A stretch of 64,000 nucleotides of DNA from Armatimonadota bacterium (GTDB lineage Bacteria > Armatimonadota > UBA5829 > DSUL01): positions 512,001 through 576,000 of the forward strand of contig JBDHZC010000002.1 of the NCBI GenBank assembly GCA_039811685.1, in the 5' to 3' direction. Shown piece by piece: positions 39,301 through 50,208 of this stretch. The notes beneath the pieces are model-generated. The model saw only the letters and a program-made list of their open reading frames with translations, made no database searches and had not been told where the DNA came from. Within the stretch, counting starts at the first letter, position 1; every line of letters begins with the position of its first letter. A program made the position numbers and the translations under genes.

Positions 39301-40527
39301 GCCGCTGGCGACGCACAGAAGCGCGCGCTGCAACGGACTATTGAGCGCAGCCAGTCGGAACTGCAAAAGGGCAATTCAGCGGGCGCGATGGACCTGCTGG
39401 CACAGGGTGTGGAGAGCGTGTCGGCCCAGAGCGTACCCTACATCTGGCAGGAGGCGGAGGATCGCCAGGACTCCAACTTCAACTACAGCCGTCTCGGGGC
39501 GATTCCCACGCTGAGCGGCGCGGCCTTTCTGGGGCTTGAGACAGCCGTGAAGCCACCCAGCGACACCGGGTGGTATGCGACGTACCGGATTGATGTGCCG
39601 AAAGAGGGCGACTATCAGCTCTGGGTACGTGAGAACTACCTGGGTTATTCCTCACCCTGCTATTGGCGCATTGGGCCGCCGAAGGGCGCGGGGGGCGAGT
39701 GGCAGCGTGTCACACAGCAACTGATTGCTAAGGATGCGGAAGTGGTGGCGCTCTACAACGCTGTTGAGGACACCCGCCAGGTCTTTGCGTGGTATCACTA
39801 CGGACAGGCTCATCTCACGAAGGGCCGGCACGACATCACCTTCAAGGTGACTGAGCCACGCGGCAAAGGGCTGGCTGTGACGATGTCCGATGACCGCCAG
39901 TACGCCAAACTCATGGACTGCCTTGTGCTTGTGCAGGGCGATTTCCAGCCCAACGGCAAAGACAGACCGCGACTCGTTCTGCCAAACGCCGCGCCTCCGC
40001 GACAGAACATGATCCCCAATGCCAGCTTTGAGTTCCGCCCGGATCAGGCGCAGAAGATTCCCACCGGTTGGACGCGCTCCGAGGACAGTGACGATCTAGT
40101 CTGGCAGGACGCGGGTTGGGGGACTTACAACGTCATGCCTGGCGTGGCGATGGACCTGGGACAGCGCTTCGCCTACATCGGCCAGCGCAACCTGACAATC
40201 AAGCCGGGCAAAGCCGAGCGTTTCTGGCAGACCACACTGCCCGCGGCGCTTCCGGGCCAGAAAGCTCACGCCTCTGTGTACGTCCGGTCTGTCGGAGCAC
40301 AGGCCGCGCCATCTCTGAGAGTGCTGTTCCTGGATGCCGCCGGTAAGGAGGTTGGCCGAAAGATTCAGGCCGGCCCGAGCGGCGATTTCGACTGGCGCGA
40401 GCTGACCGTAACGGCCACTGCTCCCGAGCAGACCAGACAGATAAGACTGGAGCTCGTGTCGCCTTCCGGCTCAAGCGGCGTAGTCTTCTTTGACGACGTC
40501 GCGCTCTGGCAGCTACAGGGAGAGTAG
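36340..40527 (+). CDS. Large secreted clan GH-A (GH42-like) glycoside hydrolase with carbohydrate-binding-type domains
   Basis: Signal peptide (..ARAHA); LWNEM (acid/base), FADWLLKRYGTVDKLNEAW (GH42-like), VVTETG (nucleophile); C-terminal NMIPNASFE...VFFDDVAL (CBM4/9-like). Start uncertain. Confidence 0.7.
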   Translation: MRAHRCVESWTRTLIRRVAACLLLCLGTALARAHADYEKAVYPQTAPVVSSITVQAPGSAKLGETVKAQISVSTASAFSDDRDLYIYLVHAGAVRAAQVLNPAPATKSWKASGAKLKDVLIRIPKNIPTGDYSLVVGVYREKQEGRAPITVTGTQATRLAKIITRGRMVDKYGVGHEWFLNDAHALIWDGKPWMPAGGMFVYDRDWNVVKAQIDLLHKYGVRSIYLHLGVNQPYPWKTYSDDDYRFFQQTIDYLDDLGFTYGVEFQALEAKGPGFYYPAPGPRKDITSSGRVEVQQDKTLSGYFAVFDRHTQQIVQTGEVSVTDGKSISADVKVPKPGDYTVTFGLKRQAPDMFSMYYWDQQYPNYVEVVRKHYSKVALGPGFRFLVDPLWNEMNVNRDFYPASDVYYQQFADWLLKRYGTVDKLNEAWHAVTAYAGEQNASIAGVDSFDTASRLIPIDRKDAPGNKILQYMMDPQTGRVFAMDLRKGQFNYDTQEFLGRSLLYYTCDIADQFKKLYDVPVIYKGFSDMDFWHINDLGTPGGHDGLGMESYGNGEPMMLFMAAHLYGELEQATKTTWLVVTETGQGAHQDNSPSRNKPPGYTSRLDHMYANYNAMLSGGAKGIFQYNMVPGRGSNDPWTDALISDPRQLEWLATYDRILANAPALAEYKPPMYFRYPGLFNPNSMNLRSEPADDYANMGGWWWREPVERAANDIWIVPSFSLRPEAPMLIVNLEDSPATERFRDEVSNAIKENLRLTVIGFRRNPGAAPELDKYYEDAWSTDTDGRKFQPLRPTATSRVIGRNEAGQVWNLMDGNLQIISKEVFAEHGYRPEFLETGGERGVEPYYGVFRDLLGVRLLNVGEGLYGLTYSDGGTPVTVLGLTNDARESRTLSFLAKPGSVEAQFPSGEKTGVERNGSFSVKLDLVGRKLIKVDEWPLRDQNRWVQSGVIVDSTNAHDSVVLRGLPEKDSVPAEAARSAILEAARTTPAAGDAQKRALQRTIERSQSELQKGNSAGAMDLLAQGVESVSAQSVPYIWQEAEDRQDSNFNYSRLGAIPTLSGAAFLGLETAVKPPSDTGWYATYRIDVPKEGDYQLWVRENYLGYSSPCYWRIGPPKGAGGEWQRVTQQLIAKDAEVVALYNAVEDTRQVFAWYHYGQAHLTKGRHDITFKVTEPRGKGLAVTMSDDRQYAKLMDCLVLVQGDFQPNGKDRPRLVLPNAAPPRQNMIPNASFEFRPDQAQKIPTGWTRSEDSDDLVWQDAGWGTYNVMPGVAMDLGQRFAYIGQRNLTIKPGKAERFWQTTLPAALPGQKAHASVYVRSVGAQAAPSLRVLFLDAAGKEVGRKIQAGPSGDFDWRELTVTATAPEQTRQIRLELVSPSGSSGVVFFDDVALWQLQGE

Positions 40528-40561
40528 CACAGCCAGCGCACCCAGCCCTTTAGCGCTTGTT

Positions 40562-42103
40562 TCAGTACTTGTAGTCCAGAATCTGCGCATCAAGTTGACC
40601 GATGACTTTGCCCATCCGGAACATATCCGTTGCATCGCCTTCGGTCAGCTTGATGTGGCTGGCATCCACGCGATCCGTGGGCAGGGTGCTGTCAAACGCA
40701 AGCCACGTGTTACCAGTCCACACCTCATCCCAGGAATGATAGTAGAAGCGGCCGCGGCTGAGGATGAGGCCGTTGACAATGCGCGTGGGAATGCCCGCCG
40801 CCCGCGCCAGCGCTGCGAACAGGATGGCGTAGTCCCGGCACACTCCGGCACGGTTTTTCAGGACGTCTGTCGCCGGGCGCAGGATTCCCATGTTCGCCTG
40901 CGGTGTCATCTCTTCGTAAATCCACCGCCGTATCCGGCACGCTGCATCGTAGATGTTCCTGCGCTCCCCGGCAATCCGCCTGGACTGGCTCTTTATGGCG
41001 TCTGAGTCCGCCTCAACATAGGGCTCCGAGGACAGATACTTCTGGAAACGACCTGTGGCCGGGACTGGCAGAGTTCCGGATTGCGCCTCTGAGTAGTCCT
41101 CAGCCGTAATGAAGTATGTCACTGTCAGCGTGTCGTCACTCTTGATCTTTTCCACGCGCTGTCGAGAATCGCTGATGACGAAGCTGCGCTGTGGAACCCC
41201 TGAGAGCGTTACGCGCAGCTCTCTGAATGCTCCGGAGGCCAGGTGTCTCCCCGCAGACACGCTGGTGGCAACAGCCAGGTCTTTGGGCGGTGTATAGCCA
41301 CTGGACACGCTCGATGTAGCCTCCTGCTGAGTTTCGCGGCGCATCTCTATGCCCATCGGGGCGTCAATTCTGATAACCTCCGCACCATCAAGCGTCTGAT
41401 ATGTTGTCAGATCTGCCATTGCAGACTTTGTCACAACAACGGCCGCATCAACCTCTTTGCCATCCAGCGTCATCTTCTGGATACGCTCAACTCTGATATT
41501 CATTTTGTCGATGGAGAGCGTCAGAGGATTGAAGGAATACTGTGTGAAAGAGGCTCCCGGTTTCACGGTCTCGCCTTCGACAGGGTTGTAGGCGTCGCCG
41601 ACCAGCTTGACGCCGGGAGGAATGGGGATGGACTTTTTCGTTTCGCCAGTTCCTGTGACCATCCGCGCCTCAACAACGTCATCTTCAAAGCGGGCGAAAA
41701 CTTCCGTCGTCTTGCCGCCGGAGGACATTCTGAACTCTTCGTACAGCGGCCGAGAAGAAGACAGCGCAGTATAGACAGTAGTGCGGATGTTCTGAATCAT
41801 CTTCGCACCCATCATCACCGACTCTGTGTGCACGGTGCTGTCACTCTTGAGCGCGGGCGCGCCTTCAAACCCGGCTTTCTCCGTGCGCAGCACGGTGTAC
41901 CCGAGTTTGGTTTCACCCAGATACATACCAAACCACATCTCCCGCGGCAGCTCAGCAGGCCGGGCCGAAACCGAGACAGCCCCTGAGAAGAGCAGGACAG
42001 AAAGCGCGAGGACAAAGCGGCGAAAGCGGATGGACAAAGCCAGTGACCTCCTGAGAGAAGCATAGCCGCAGGTGTACCAGGAAAGAAATAGCGGCGCGGA
42101 CAT
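40562..42103 (-). CDS. Secreted transglutaminase-like domain protein
   Basis: Cys-His-Asp triad motifs GVCRDYA...ARAAGIPTR, YYHSWDEV, AFDST. A hydrophobic signal sequence suggests the true start is somewhat downstream of 42103. Confidence 0.85.
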   Translation of the reverse strand: MSAPLFLSWYTCGYASLRRSLALSIRFRRFVLALSVLLFSGAVSVSARPAELPREMWFGMYLGETKLGYTVLRTEKAGFEGAPALKSDSTVHTESVMMGAKMIQNIRTTVYTALSSSRPLYEEFRMSSGGKTTEVFARFEDDVVEARMVTGTGETKKSIPIPPGVKLVGDAYNPVEGETVKPGASFTQYSFNPLTLSIDKMNIRVERIQKMTLDGKEVDAAVVVTKSAMADLTTYQTLDGAEVIRIDAPMGIEMRRETQQEATSSVSSGYTPPKDLAVATSVSAGRHLASGAFRELRVTLSGVPQRSFVISDSRQRVEKIKSDDTLTVTYFITAEDYSEAQSGTLPVPATGRFQKYLSSEPYVEADSDAIKSQSRRIAGERRNIYDAACRIRRWIYEEMTPQANMGILRPATDVLKNRAGVCRDYAILFAALARAAGIPTRIVNGLILSRGRFYYHSWDEVWTGNTWLAFDSTLPTDRVDASHIKLTEGDATDMFRMGKVIGQLDAQILDYKY

Positions 42104-42237
42104 CTCCGGCAGGCGAACGCGGTCTGTTGAAATACTGCGTGCGCCGGCAATCTGACGTTATTATCGGATGGAGGGTGCGCCGGCACAGAGCCATTTGCCA
42201 GGGCCCGCGCGAAAAATCAGACTGTCAGGGTCACGCC

Positions 42238-42657
42238 CTAGCCACGTACAGGCTGCCCGGCTGCAGTCAGACGGGCTGCTGCCCGGAGCATCGCGAGCCG
42301 GGCACGCTCAACATCCAGTCCCGGGGCGCTGGAAGCCAGACGCTCACTCGCGCGCTTGTAAGCGCTTCGCGCGCGCTCAACGTCTATCTCATCGGGTCGC
42401 TCAGCCGTATCAGCCAGCACGGTGACATGGTTGTTGGACACCTCCGCAAAGCCGCCCGACACCGCCATAATCTCTTCCAGGCCGCTTGCGTGTGTAACTC
42501 TTAGCTCACCGGGCATCAACTCGGCTATGAGCGGTGCGTGAAAGGCCATAAGACCGAAATACCCCTCTGAACCAGGGGCCATCAGCGAGACAGCATCGTT
42601 GACACTGGTCAGGAGCCTGTTGGGTGTTACGATATCCAGTTTGAAGCTTGCCGCCAA
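42238..42657 (-). CDS. atpC: ATP synthase F1 epsilon subunit
   Basis: LDIVTP, GYFGLMAFHAP, VSGGFAEV, IDVERA. Confidence 0.96.
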   Translation of the reverse strand: MAASFKLDIVTPNRLLTSVNDAVSLMAPGSEGYFGLMAFHAPLIAELMPGELRVTHASGLEEIMAVSGGFAEVSNNHVTVLADTAERPDEIDVERARSAYKRASERLASSAPGLDVERARLAMLRAAARLTAAGQPVRG

Positions 42658-42663
42658 TGCCGT

Positions 42664-44076
<1,413 letters not shown>

Positions 44077-44130
44077 TCAGGTTCTCCAGAAAATACAGCG
44101 TGTTTCTTAAGCGAAAAATAAAGCGCCAGC

Positions 44131-44991
44131 CTATTTCAGCGCTTCGGCCGTCCCAACAATTTCGGAAATCTCCGTGGTAATCGCCGCCTGCCGCGCACGG
44201 TTGAGTGACAGTGTAAGACGGTCGATCATCTCGTTAGCGTTATTGGTTGCGCTGTTCATAGCCGTCATGCGCGCGCCCTGTTCACTGGTGACGGATTCCA
44301 GCACAGCCCGGAACAGTTGCGTATCTACATAGCGCGACAGCAGACTCCCCAGCAGCTCTTCGGGCGCCGGCTCAAACAGGTACTCTGTCGCGGACCCATT
44401 GTTGTCGTCATTCGAAGGCGGCTCAACGGGAAGCAGCCGCTGAACGAGCGTGTGCTGGGAGATGGCGCTGCGAAACTCCGTGTAGATGACATACACTGCG
44501 TCCACTTCGCCAAGCGTGTACATTTTCTGCGCCATTTGAGACAGCGGGCGGATGTCCACAAACTGCACATCCGTACCCGGCAACTCTCGCGCGCCTTCCA
44601 GCAGCGGTCCGAGACGTTTGATGGAGGCCGCGCCCTTCTTGCCAAGTACAAACAAACGGGGATTCTGATGCTGATGCTCGGTCAGAAAGCGCTGCGTGAT
44701 GCGGACTATATTCGTGTGATAGCTCCCTGCAAGCCCGCGATCCGCCCCAATAACGATCAGCGCAATACGCTTTTCAGGCCGCACTTCCATCAAAGGGTGG
44801 TGCAACTCTGTCGCGGACGCCGACAGATGCGCGATAATCTCCTGAATCTTGTCCGCAAACGGTCGCGCCGCGTGAACCCGGGACTGCGCCTTTTGCAGGC
44901 GAGCCGAGGCCACCAGCTTCATCGCCTGTGTGATCTGCTGGATGTTCTTGACCGTCTTGATGCGACGCCGAATGTCCTTTGCGCTGGCCAT
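44131..44991 (-). CDS. atpG: ATP synthase F1 gamma subunit
   Basis: QITQAMKLVA, DRGLAG, SEQGARMTAM, RQAAITTEISEI. Confidence 0.98.
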   Translation of the reverse strand: MASAKDIRRRIKTVKNIQQITQAMKLVASARLQKAQSRVHAARPFADKIQEIIAHLSASATELHHPLMEVRPEKRIALIVIGADRGLAGSYHTNIVRITQRFLTEHQHQNPRLFVLGKKGAASIKRLGPLLEGARELPGTDVQFVDIRPLSQMAQKMYTLGEVDAVYVIYTEFRSAISQHTLVQRLLPVEPPSNDDNNGSATEYLFEPAPEELLGSLLSRYVDTQLFRAVLESVTSEQGARMTAMNSATNNANEMIDRLTLSLNRARQAAITTEISEIVGTAEALK

Positions 44992-44997
44992 AGAGCT

Positions 44998-46527
44998 CTA
45001 AGCGGCCGCCTCCGACGCCTTGAACGTCCTGGCAAACTCTTCGATTGCGCTCTTGAGCTTCGTCTCCAGCTCTTCGCTCAGCTTGCCTGTCTGCTCAATC
45101 TCGCGTTCAAGGTCCTGATAGCCCATCTCCAGATGCTGCAGAAACTCCGTTTCAAAGCGGCGGCAGTCCGTCACCGGAATGTGGTCCAGGTATCCATTGG
45201 TCACGGCGTAAATGACAGCGATCTGCTTTGGAACAGACATCGGGGAATACTGAGGCTGCTTGAGGATTTCAACAATTCGGTTTCCGCGAGCCAGCTCCTG
45301 CTGCGTCACTTTGTCCAGGTCACTGGCGAACTGGGCAAAGGCCTGCAGCTCCCAGTAGCGCGCGAGGTTCAGCTTCAGGCGGCCTGCGATCTTCTTCATC
45401 GCCGGGACCTGAGCGCTGGAGCCAACGCGGGACACAGAAATACCGACGGAGATCGCCGGGCGGATACCGGAGTAGAACAGGTCGCTCTCCAGGTAAATCT
45501 GCCCGTCCGTGATGGAGATGACGTTAGTAGGAATGTAAGCCGAGACGTCACCAGCCTGCGTTTCGATAACCGGTAGCGCTGTCAACGACCCTCCGCCGCG
45601 GGCTTCGGAGAGCTTTGCGGCCCGCTCCAGCAGGCGAGAGTGCAGATAAAAGACGTCACCCGGATAGGCCTCGCGGCCAGGCGGACGGCGCAGAAGCAAA
45701 GAGACCTGCCGGTACGCCTGCGCATGCTTGGAGAGATCGTCATACACAATCAGCGCATGCTCGCCGCGGTCGCGGAAGTACTCCGCCATCGAAGCCCCCG
45801 CGTACGGGGCGATAAACTGAAGAGGCGCCGGGTCGCTGGCAGTAGCTGAGACGATTGTCGTGTACTCCATCGCACCCGCGCGCTCCAGAATGTTGGCTAT
45901 GTTAGCGACGGTCGAGAGCTTCTGACCAATCGCCACATAGAAGCACTTCACTCCCGTGCCCTTCTGGTTGATGATGGTGTCAATGGCGATAGCTGTCTTA
46001 CCGGTCTGGCGGTCACCGATAATGAGCTCGCGCTGCCCGCGCCCGATGGGGATCATCGAGTCAACGGCCTTGAGGCCGGTCTGCAGAGGCTCTCTGACCG
46101 ACTGGCGGTCCACAACGCCTGGCGCTACTGTCTCCACCGGCCGGCGCTCATCCGTAATAATAGGCCCCTTGCCGTCCAGCGGCTCACCCAGGGCGCTCAC
46201 CACCCGGCCAGCCACAGCGGCGCCGACAGGAACGTCGATAATACGGCCGGTCCGGCGCACCTGGTCGCCCTCTTTAATCTCTACGTCCGAGCCCAGAATA
46301 ACGCAACCGACGTTGTCTTCTTCCAGGTTGAGTACCATCCCCATAACGCCACCCGGGAACTCTATGAGCTCCGAGGCCATAGCGTCGGAAAGGCCGTAGA
46401 TGCGTGCAATGCCGTCACCAACCTGCAAGATTGTGCCGACACCGACCTCGTCCAGGCCTTTCTCGTAATTTGCAATCTCCGCCGAGAGAATGGATGTGAC
46501 TTCCTCGGGCCTAATGCTAGAGGGCAT
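44998..46527 (-). CDS. atpA: ATP synthase F1 alpha subunit
   Basis: [31 protein letters not shown]. Confidence 0.99.
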   Translation of the reverse strand: MPSSIRPEEVTSILSAEIANYEKGLDEVGVGTILQVGDGIARIYGLSDAMASELIEFPGGVMGMVLNLEEDNVGCVILGSDVEIKEGDQVRRTGRIIDVPVGAAVAGRVVSALGEPLDGKGPIITDERRPVETVAPGVVDRQSVREPLQTGLKAVDSMIPIGRGQRELIIGDRQTGKTAIAIDTIINQKGTGVKCFYVAIGQKLSTVANIANILERAGAMEYTTIVSATASDPAPLQFIAPYAGASMAEYFRDRGEHALIVYDDLSKHAQAYRQVSLLLRRPPGREAYPGDVFYLHSRLLERAAKLSEARGGGSLTALPVIETQAGDVSAYIPTNVISITDGQIYLESDLFYSGIRPAISVGISVSRVGSSAQVPAMKKIAGRLKLNLARYWELQAFAQFASDLDKVTQQELARGNRIVEILKQPQYSPMSVPKQIAVIYAVTNGYLDHIPVTDCRRFETEFLQHLEMGYQDLEREIEQTGKLSEELETKLKSAIEEFARTFKASEAAA

Positions 46528-46599
46528 ATTCTCGTGTTACTCCATCAACTCCATCAACTAAGCCTGCGCCACACACTCTGTGACGCCGGGCGCAGCAAC

Positions 46600-47145
46600 T
46601 TACGCTGCCGCCATCGTCTCCTTCAGCCGCGCAATCTGCGCGCGTACAGACCCATCAATCAACGTGTCACCAACACGGATTACTACACCACCGATGACCG
46701 ATGGGTCCACCGTCGGCTCCAGCTCAACCTGCTTGCCTGTCATGCGCCCGAGAGCCGCGCGCATTTCCTGCAGCTCTTCTTCGGTGAGCGCAACGGCCGA
46801 AACTACCTCAGCCCTCACAATATTGCTGCGCTCATCGGCGATTTTCCGAAAAGCCGTGTCAATTGACTCGACAACGTCTTCCCGTCGCTTGTCCACAAGA
46901 AGATTCAGAAAATCAAGGGTCAGCGCGCTGACGTGAGGCTCAAAGAGCTTTTTCAGAATGCGCTTCTTGGTGGCATCGGGAGTCACGCCTCGCAGCAGGA
47001 CTGTCCTGAGCTCTTCGCTGTGCTGGACCGTGCTGCGAACCAGCGTCAGCTCTGCGGCAACCTGCTCAACGATGTCCCCGCGCTGGGCGGCCGTAAAAAG
47101 AGCGGCGGCGTACACTCGAACGACGTGCTTGGCTGTGGCCGCCAT
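46600..47145 (-). CDS. atpH: ATP synthase F1 delta subunit
   Basis: YAAALF, FLNLLVDKRR, VDPSVIGGVVIRVGDTLIDGSV. Confidence 0.96.
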   Translation of the reverse strand: MAATAKHVVRVYAAALFTAAQRGDIVEQVAAELTLVRSTVQHSEELRTVLLRGVTPDATKKRILKKLFEPHVSALTLDFLNLLVDKRREDVVESIDTAFRKIADERSNIVRAEVVSAVALTEEELQEMRAALGRMTGKQVELEPTVDPSVIGGVVIRVGDTLIDGSVRAQIARLKETMAAA

Positions 47146-47654
47146 CAGTTCTTCGACGCCTCCAGCTCATCCAGAGCGCTCTTGATGAGGGCGCGATGCC
47201 GGGAGTCGTCCAGGGATTCTCCGACTATTTTCGAGGAAGCCTGCGCGACCAGATCCGCCACATGCTCGCGAATAGACTGCAGAGCCTTGTCCCGCTCTCG
47301 CTCAATATCCGCAACACCGCGCTCTTTCACCTGCTCAGCGTGCGCTCGCGCCTCCGCCAGAATCTCATCCTTCATGCGGTTGGCGCTTGCCGTAGCCTCC
47401 TGAATCTTCGCGCGGCCTTCAGCCTCGATCTCTGTCAGGCGGGAATCCAGCTCTGTCTGAAGCTGCTGAACTTTTGCGGTTTCGTCCGCGATGCGCTGGT
47501 AGCTGCTCTCTATGTCGGAGCGCCGCTGCGCGAGAATTCCCGACACGGGTCCGATCATGTACTTCTTCAGCAGAAGATACAGCAGAAGGAATGAGATGAT
47601 GTTTGTGACAATGACCGCCTGGTCAATGCCCAACGTATGAAACAGTGACTCCAA
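47145..47654 (-). CDS. atpF: ATP synthase F0 b subunit
   Basis: N-terminal TM helix followed by a long charged coiled coil; operon position. Confidence 0.95.
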   Translation of the reverse strand: MESLFHTLGIDQAVIVTNIISFLLLYLLLKKYMIGPVSGILAQRRSDIESSYQRIADETAKVQQLQTELDSRLTEIEAEGRAKIQEATASANRMKDEILAEARAHAEQVKERGVADIERERDKALQSIREHVADLVAQASSKIVGESLDDSRHRALIKSALDELEASKN

Positions 47655-47707
47655 ACCTATCTCCTCAGAATATCAGCCTACCAGCGCATCCGGACGTTAT
47701 ACTTGTA

Positions 47708-47977
47708 TCAGCCGCCGCCGAGCTTGGCGAGCACCGCATCCGTCGCAGGAAGCTTTCCCTGCAACAGGAAGAACACGAGCAGCGCATAAATGACGAGCGA
47801 CTCGACAAATGCAAGCGCGATAATCATCGCGATCTGGATCCTGCCGGACGCTTCCGGCTGCCGGGCGATGCCAGCCATAGCCTGACCGCCGATAATGCCC
47901 TGACCGATGCTAGCGGAAAGAACCGCTACGGACACGGCAAAGCCAACAGCAATCGCTAAACACGCAAAATATACCAT
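47708..47977 (-). CDS. atpE: ATP synthase F0 c subunit (89 aa)
   Basis: IGQG...ARQPEA loop and FVESLVIY carrying the essential Glu; ATG after GGAGAAGG. Confidence 0.97.
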   Translation of the reverse strand: MVYFACLAIAVGFAVSVAVLSASIGQGIIGGQAMAGIARQPEASGRIQIAMIIALAFVESLVIYALLVFFLLQGKLPATDAVLAKLGGG

Positions 47978-48226
47978 TCGACCTTCTCCGATTTTAGTGT
48001 GACTGCCGGAGTGCGCAAAGCGCCGAATCCGGCCCGACTGCTCCGGCACACCCTCTGACCCGCAAGGCCCGGCTTTTTCAGCCGGGCGCTAACACAGGCA
48101 CAAATGTCATTGTGCTGGAGCGCTCTGGCGAGAAGTCTGACTTCCGCGGTCTTTGGGAAGCCGCCCCAAAGCAGACTCACCCGCCAATTCTAAAAAACTG
48201 GAAACTCAGACGGCTTTCACCGATCC

Positions 48227-49111
48227 CTACGCCGCGCCACTCCACTGTGCGCTGGTTTCGTGAGCTTCTCCAGATGAATGTTCGTCGTGGTCCTCGTGCG
48301 CGGTCATCAGGACTATGTAAGCGGCTACGAGGATGGCAAATACCAGCGCCTGCACAACAGACGTGAACAGGCCAAACACGAACATCGGAAACTGTATCGG
48401 CAACAACTTATAGACGCCTATGGCAAGCGGCCCAAGCAGAGCCAACTGCAGGACAACTGTTTCTTCGCCAAAGACGTTCCCAAAAAGACGGATAGAGAGC
48501 GACAGCGGTTTGGCGATTTCACCAATCACATGAAGAATGAACATCAGCGGGGCCAGCCACAGCGGCTCCCCAAGAAAGTGCTTTACATAGCCCAGAAAGC
48601 CGTTTTCCCGAATTCCCTGAATCTGCACATAGATGATGGCCACTAAAGACAGCGCCACAGTCATGTTCAGCGTGGAGGTCGCCGGCTTCATGAACGGAAT
48701 CAGCCCCATCAGATTCATCACAAGAATATAAAGGAAGAATGTAACGAGGATGGGGACGTGGCGCTTGCCTTCCGGGCCCAGCACATCCAGAAAGAACTGC
48801 TCCAGACCGCCCACAACCATCTCCAGAAAGTTCTGAAGCTGGCCCGGAACCTGCTGCAGCCGACGAGTCCCAAGCGCCCCCAACAAAACGAGAAAGACGA
48901 TAGCGATCCACGACATCGCTACGTAAAGCCACGGACTGCCATGAACCAGCGATTCACCCTGATCGCCGCCGTGAGAGGCTTCCTCCGCCATGACCCTCAC
49001 AGCAAGGAAGAGCACAGAAAACGCAACTCCAACAAGCGCCAGAAGTTGACGGACGACTCTTCTCTGAACAGTTGCAAGAGGCAGCGCGCCACTTTGTAGC
49101 TGTCTTTTCAA
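48227..49111 (-). CDS. atpB: ATP synthase F0 a subunit
   Basis: QNFLE, NLMGLIP, SLSIRLFGN, VQALVF. Unusually long N-terminal extension; start uncertain. Confidence 0.96.
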   Translation of the reverse strand: MKRQLQSGALPLATVQRRVVRQLLALVGVAFSVLFLAVRVMAEEASHGGDQGESLVHGSPWLYVAMSWIAIVFLVLLGALGTRRLQQVPGQLQNFLEMVVGGLEQFFLDVLGPEGKRHVPILVTFFLYILVMNLMGLIPFMKPATSTLNMTVALSLVAIIYVQIQGIRENGFLGYVKHFLGEPLWLAPLMFILHVIGEIAKPLSLSIRLFGNVFGEETVVLQLALLGPLAIGVYKLLPIQFPMFVFGLFTSVVQALVFAILVAAYIVLMTAHEDHDEHSSGEAHETSAQWSGAA

Positions 49112-49519
49112 CTAAGAACTCTTCTCCTGAAACCGCTCACTCGCCGCATTTCTGTAAATGGAAACGACAAGGGAAATCTGTGCCGCTACCACACCGGCGA
49201 TGAACGCCCACACAACGAACCCGCGCCACTTCACAAGCCCGCCTATCAGGACCATCATCAGAAGGACTCTGGACAAAAGCAGCAGACCGCGAACAAATCT
49301 TCCCCCTGCCGGATTTGCGCCCTGCGCCATAGTCAGACCCATACGGACATAGGCGTTACACGAAAAAGTCAGCAGGACCAGCGACACAGAACCCACCAGA
49401 GCGCCGGTTATCTCGCTCAGCGCGGCCTGCCCCAGACCCGCCATCACAAGCCCGACAGCGATGAAAGCCTGGCCCGTCAACAAAACGCGCCAATAGGTTG
49501 ACAAGTCAAAACGTCGCAT
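49112..49519 (-). CDS. atpI: ATP synthase protein I (UncI-like, 4 TM)
   Basis: Four hydrophobic segments, immediately upstream of atpB. Confidence 0.7.
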   Translation of the reverse strand: MRRFDLSTYWRVLLTGQAFIAVGLVMAGLGQAALSEITGALVGSVSLVLLTFSCNAYVRMGLTMAQGANPAGGRFVRGLLLLSRVLLMMVLIGGLVKWRGFVVWAFIAGVVAAQISLVVSIYRNAASERFQEKSS

Positions 49520-49525
49520 GGGTTT

Positions 49526-49816
49526 TTATTTGGACAGGCGAATAACGAGCTTGATGACTTCATAGAAGCCTGCCGCCACCCCCAGAATCAGGAAGATGAT
49601 TGTTGCCCAGGGGTAGGAATGCAGCTTGCCGTCAATCCAGTCGCCAATAGCAAATCCGATAAGCGGACTGATAACGAGCACCCAACCGATTGTGCTGGCC
49701 TGCCCCGCCCTTACCATCCACTTGTAATCTCGCTGGGGCCGCTTTGTGCCCGGGTCGTCGTCGCCCTGTACCATAGGATCCGGGTTCCTTTGCCGTTGCC
49801 CGGCTGCGCCCACCAC
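49526..49816 (-). CDS. AtpZ/AtpI-family small membrane protein
   Basis: G..IG.WID......PW..IIFLILG..AGF motif; first gene of the atp operon. Confidence 0.85.
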   Translation of the reverse strand: MVGAAGQRQRNPDPMVQGDDDPGTKRPQRDYKWMVRAGQASTIGWVLVISPLIGFAIGDWIDGKLHSYPWATIIFLILGVAAGFYEVIKLVIRLSK

Positions 49817-50086
49817 GAGCGGCGCGTAACGACGGAGTATAACATGTGGGAGAGGCTATTCGCCAAGTGTTATAGCTCTATTTGTGAAAAACTTCTCAGA
49901 TTTTTCCTTGCCTCATTTTTCATCCAGCCGATGGTTGCCAGCCGCACAACCAGAACGGCCGTGGACAACGCGAGGGAGCGGCAGGATTGACGCAGGTCTC
50001 TCCGAGCGCGTAAACTCAATCTTGGACAGTGTGCGGGCGTCCGGAAGCGCGTTACGAAAAATTTCTGATTTTTTCTGCGCAGCCCC

Positions 50087-50114
50087 TAAAGAGCGCGCTT
50101 CTATACGCCAACAA
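50087..50114 (+). promoter_or_regulatory. Putative sigma-28 (FliA/SigD) promoter for flgM
   Basis: TAAA-N16-GCCAACAA compared with consensus TAAA-N15/16-GCCGATAA; lies upstream of the riboswitch and flgM. Confidence 0.45.
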
Positions 50115-50208
50115 TAAGAATACAAGCAGTTATAAGCGCCTTGACGAGAAGCTCAAGACTCAACCTGAGAGAGTTTCACAGACAGGCTAACATAGAGTTA
50201 CTAGAGAT

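Noticed and set aside
44317..45576. 419-aa plus-strand ORF and similar long antisense ORFs (e.g. 32674-33762, 55779-56750, 24546-25418)
   Set aside because: Shadow frames opposite well-supported genes in GC-rich DNA, with no recognisable motifs.
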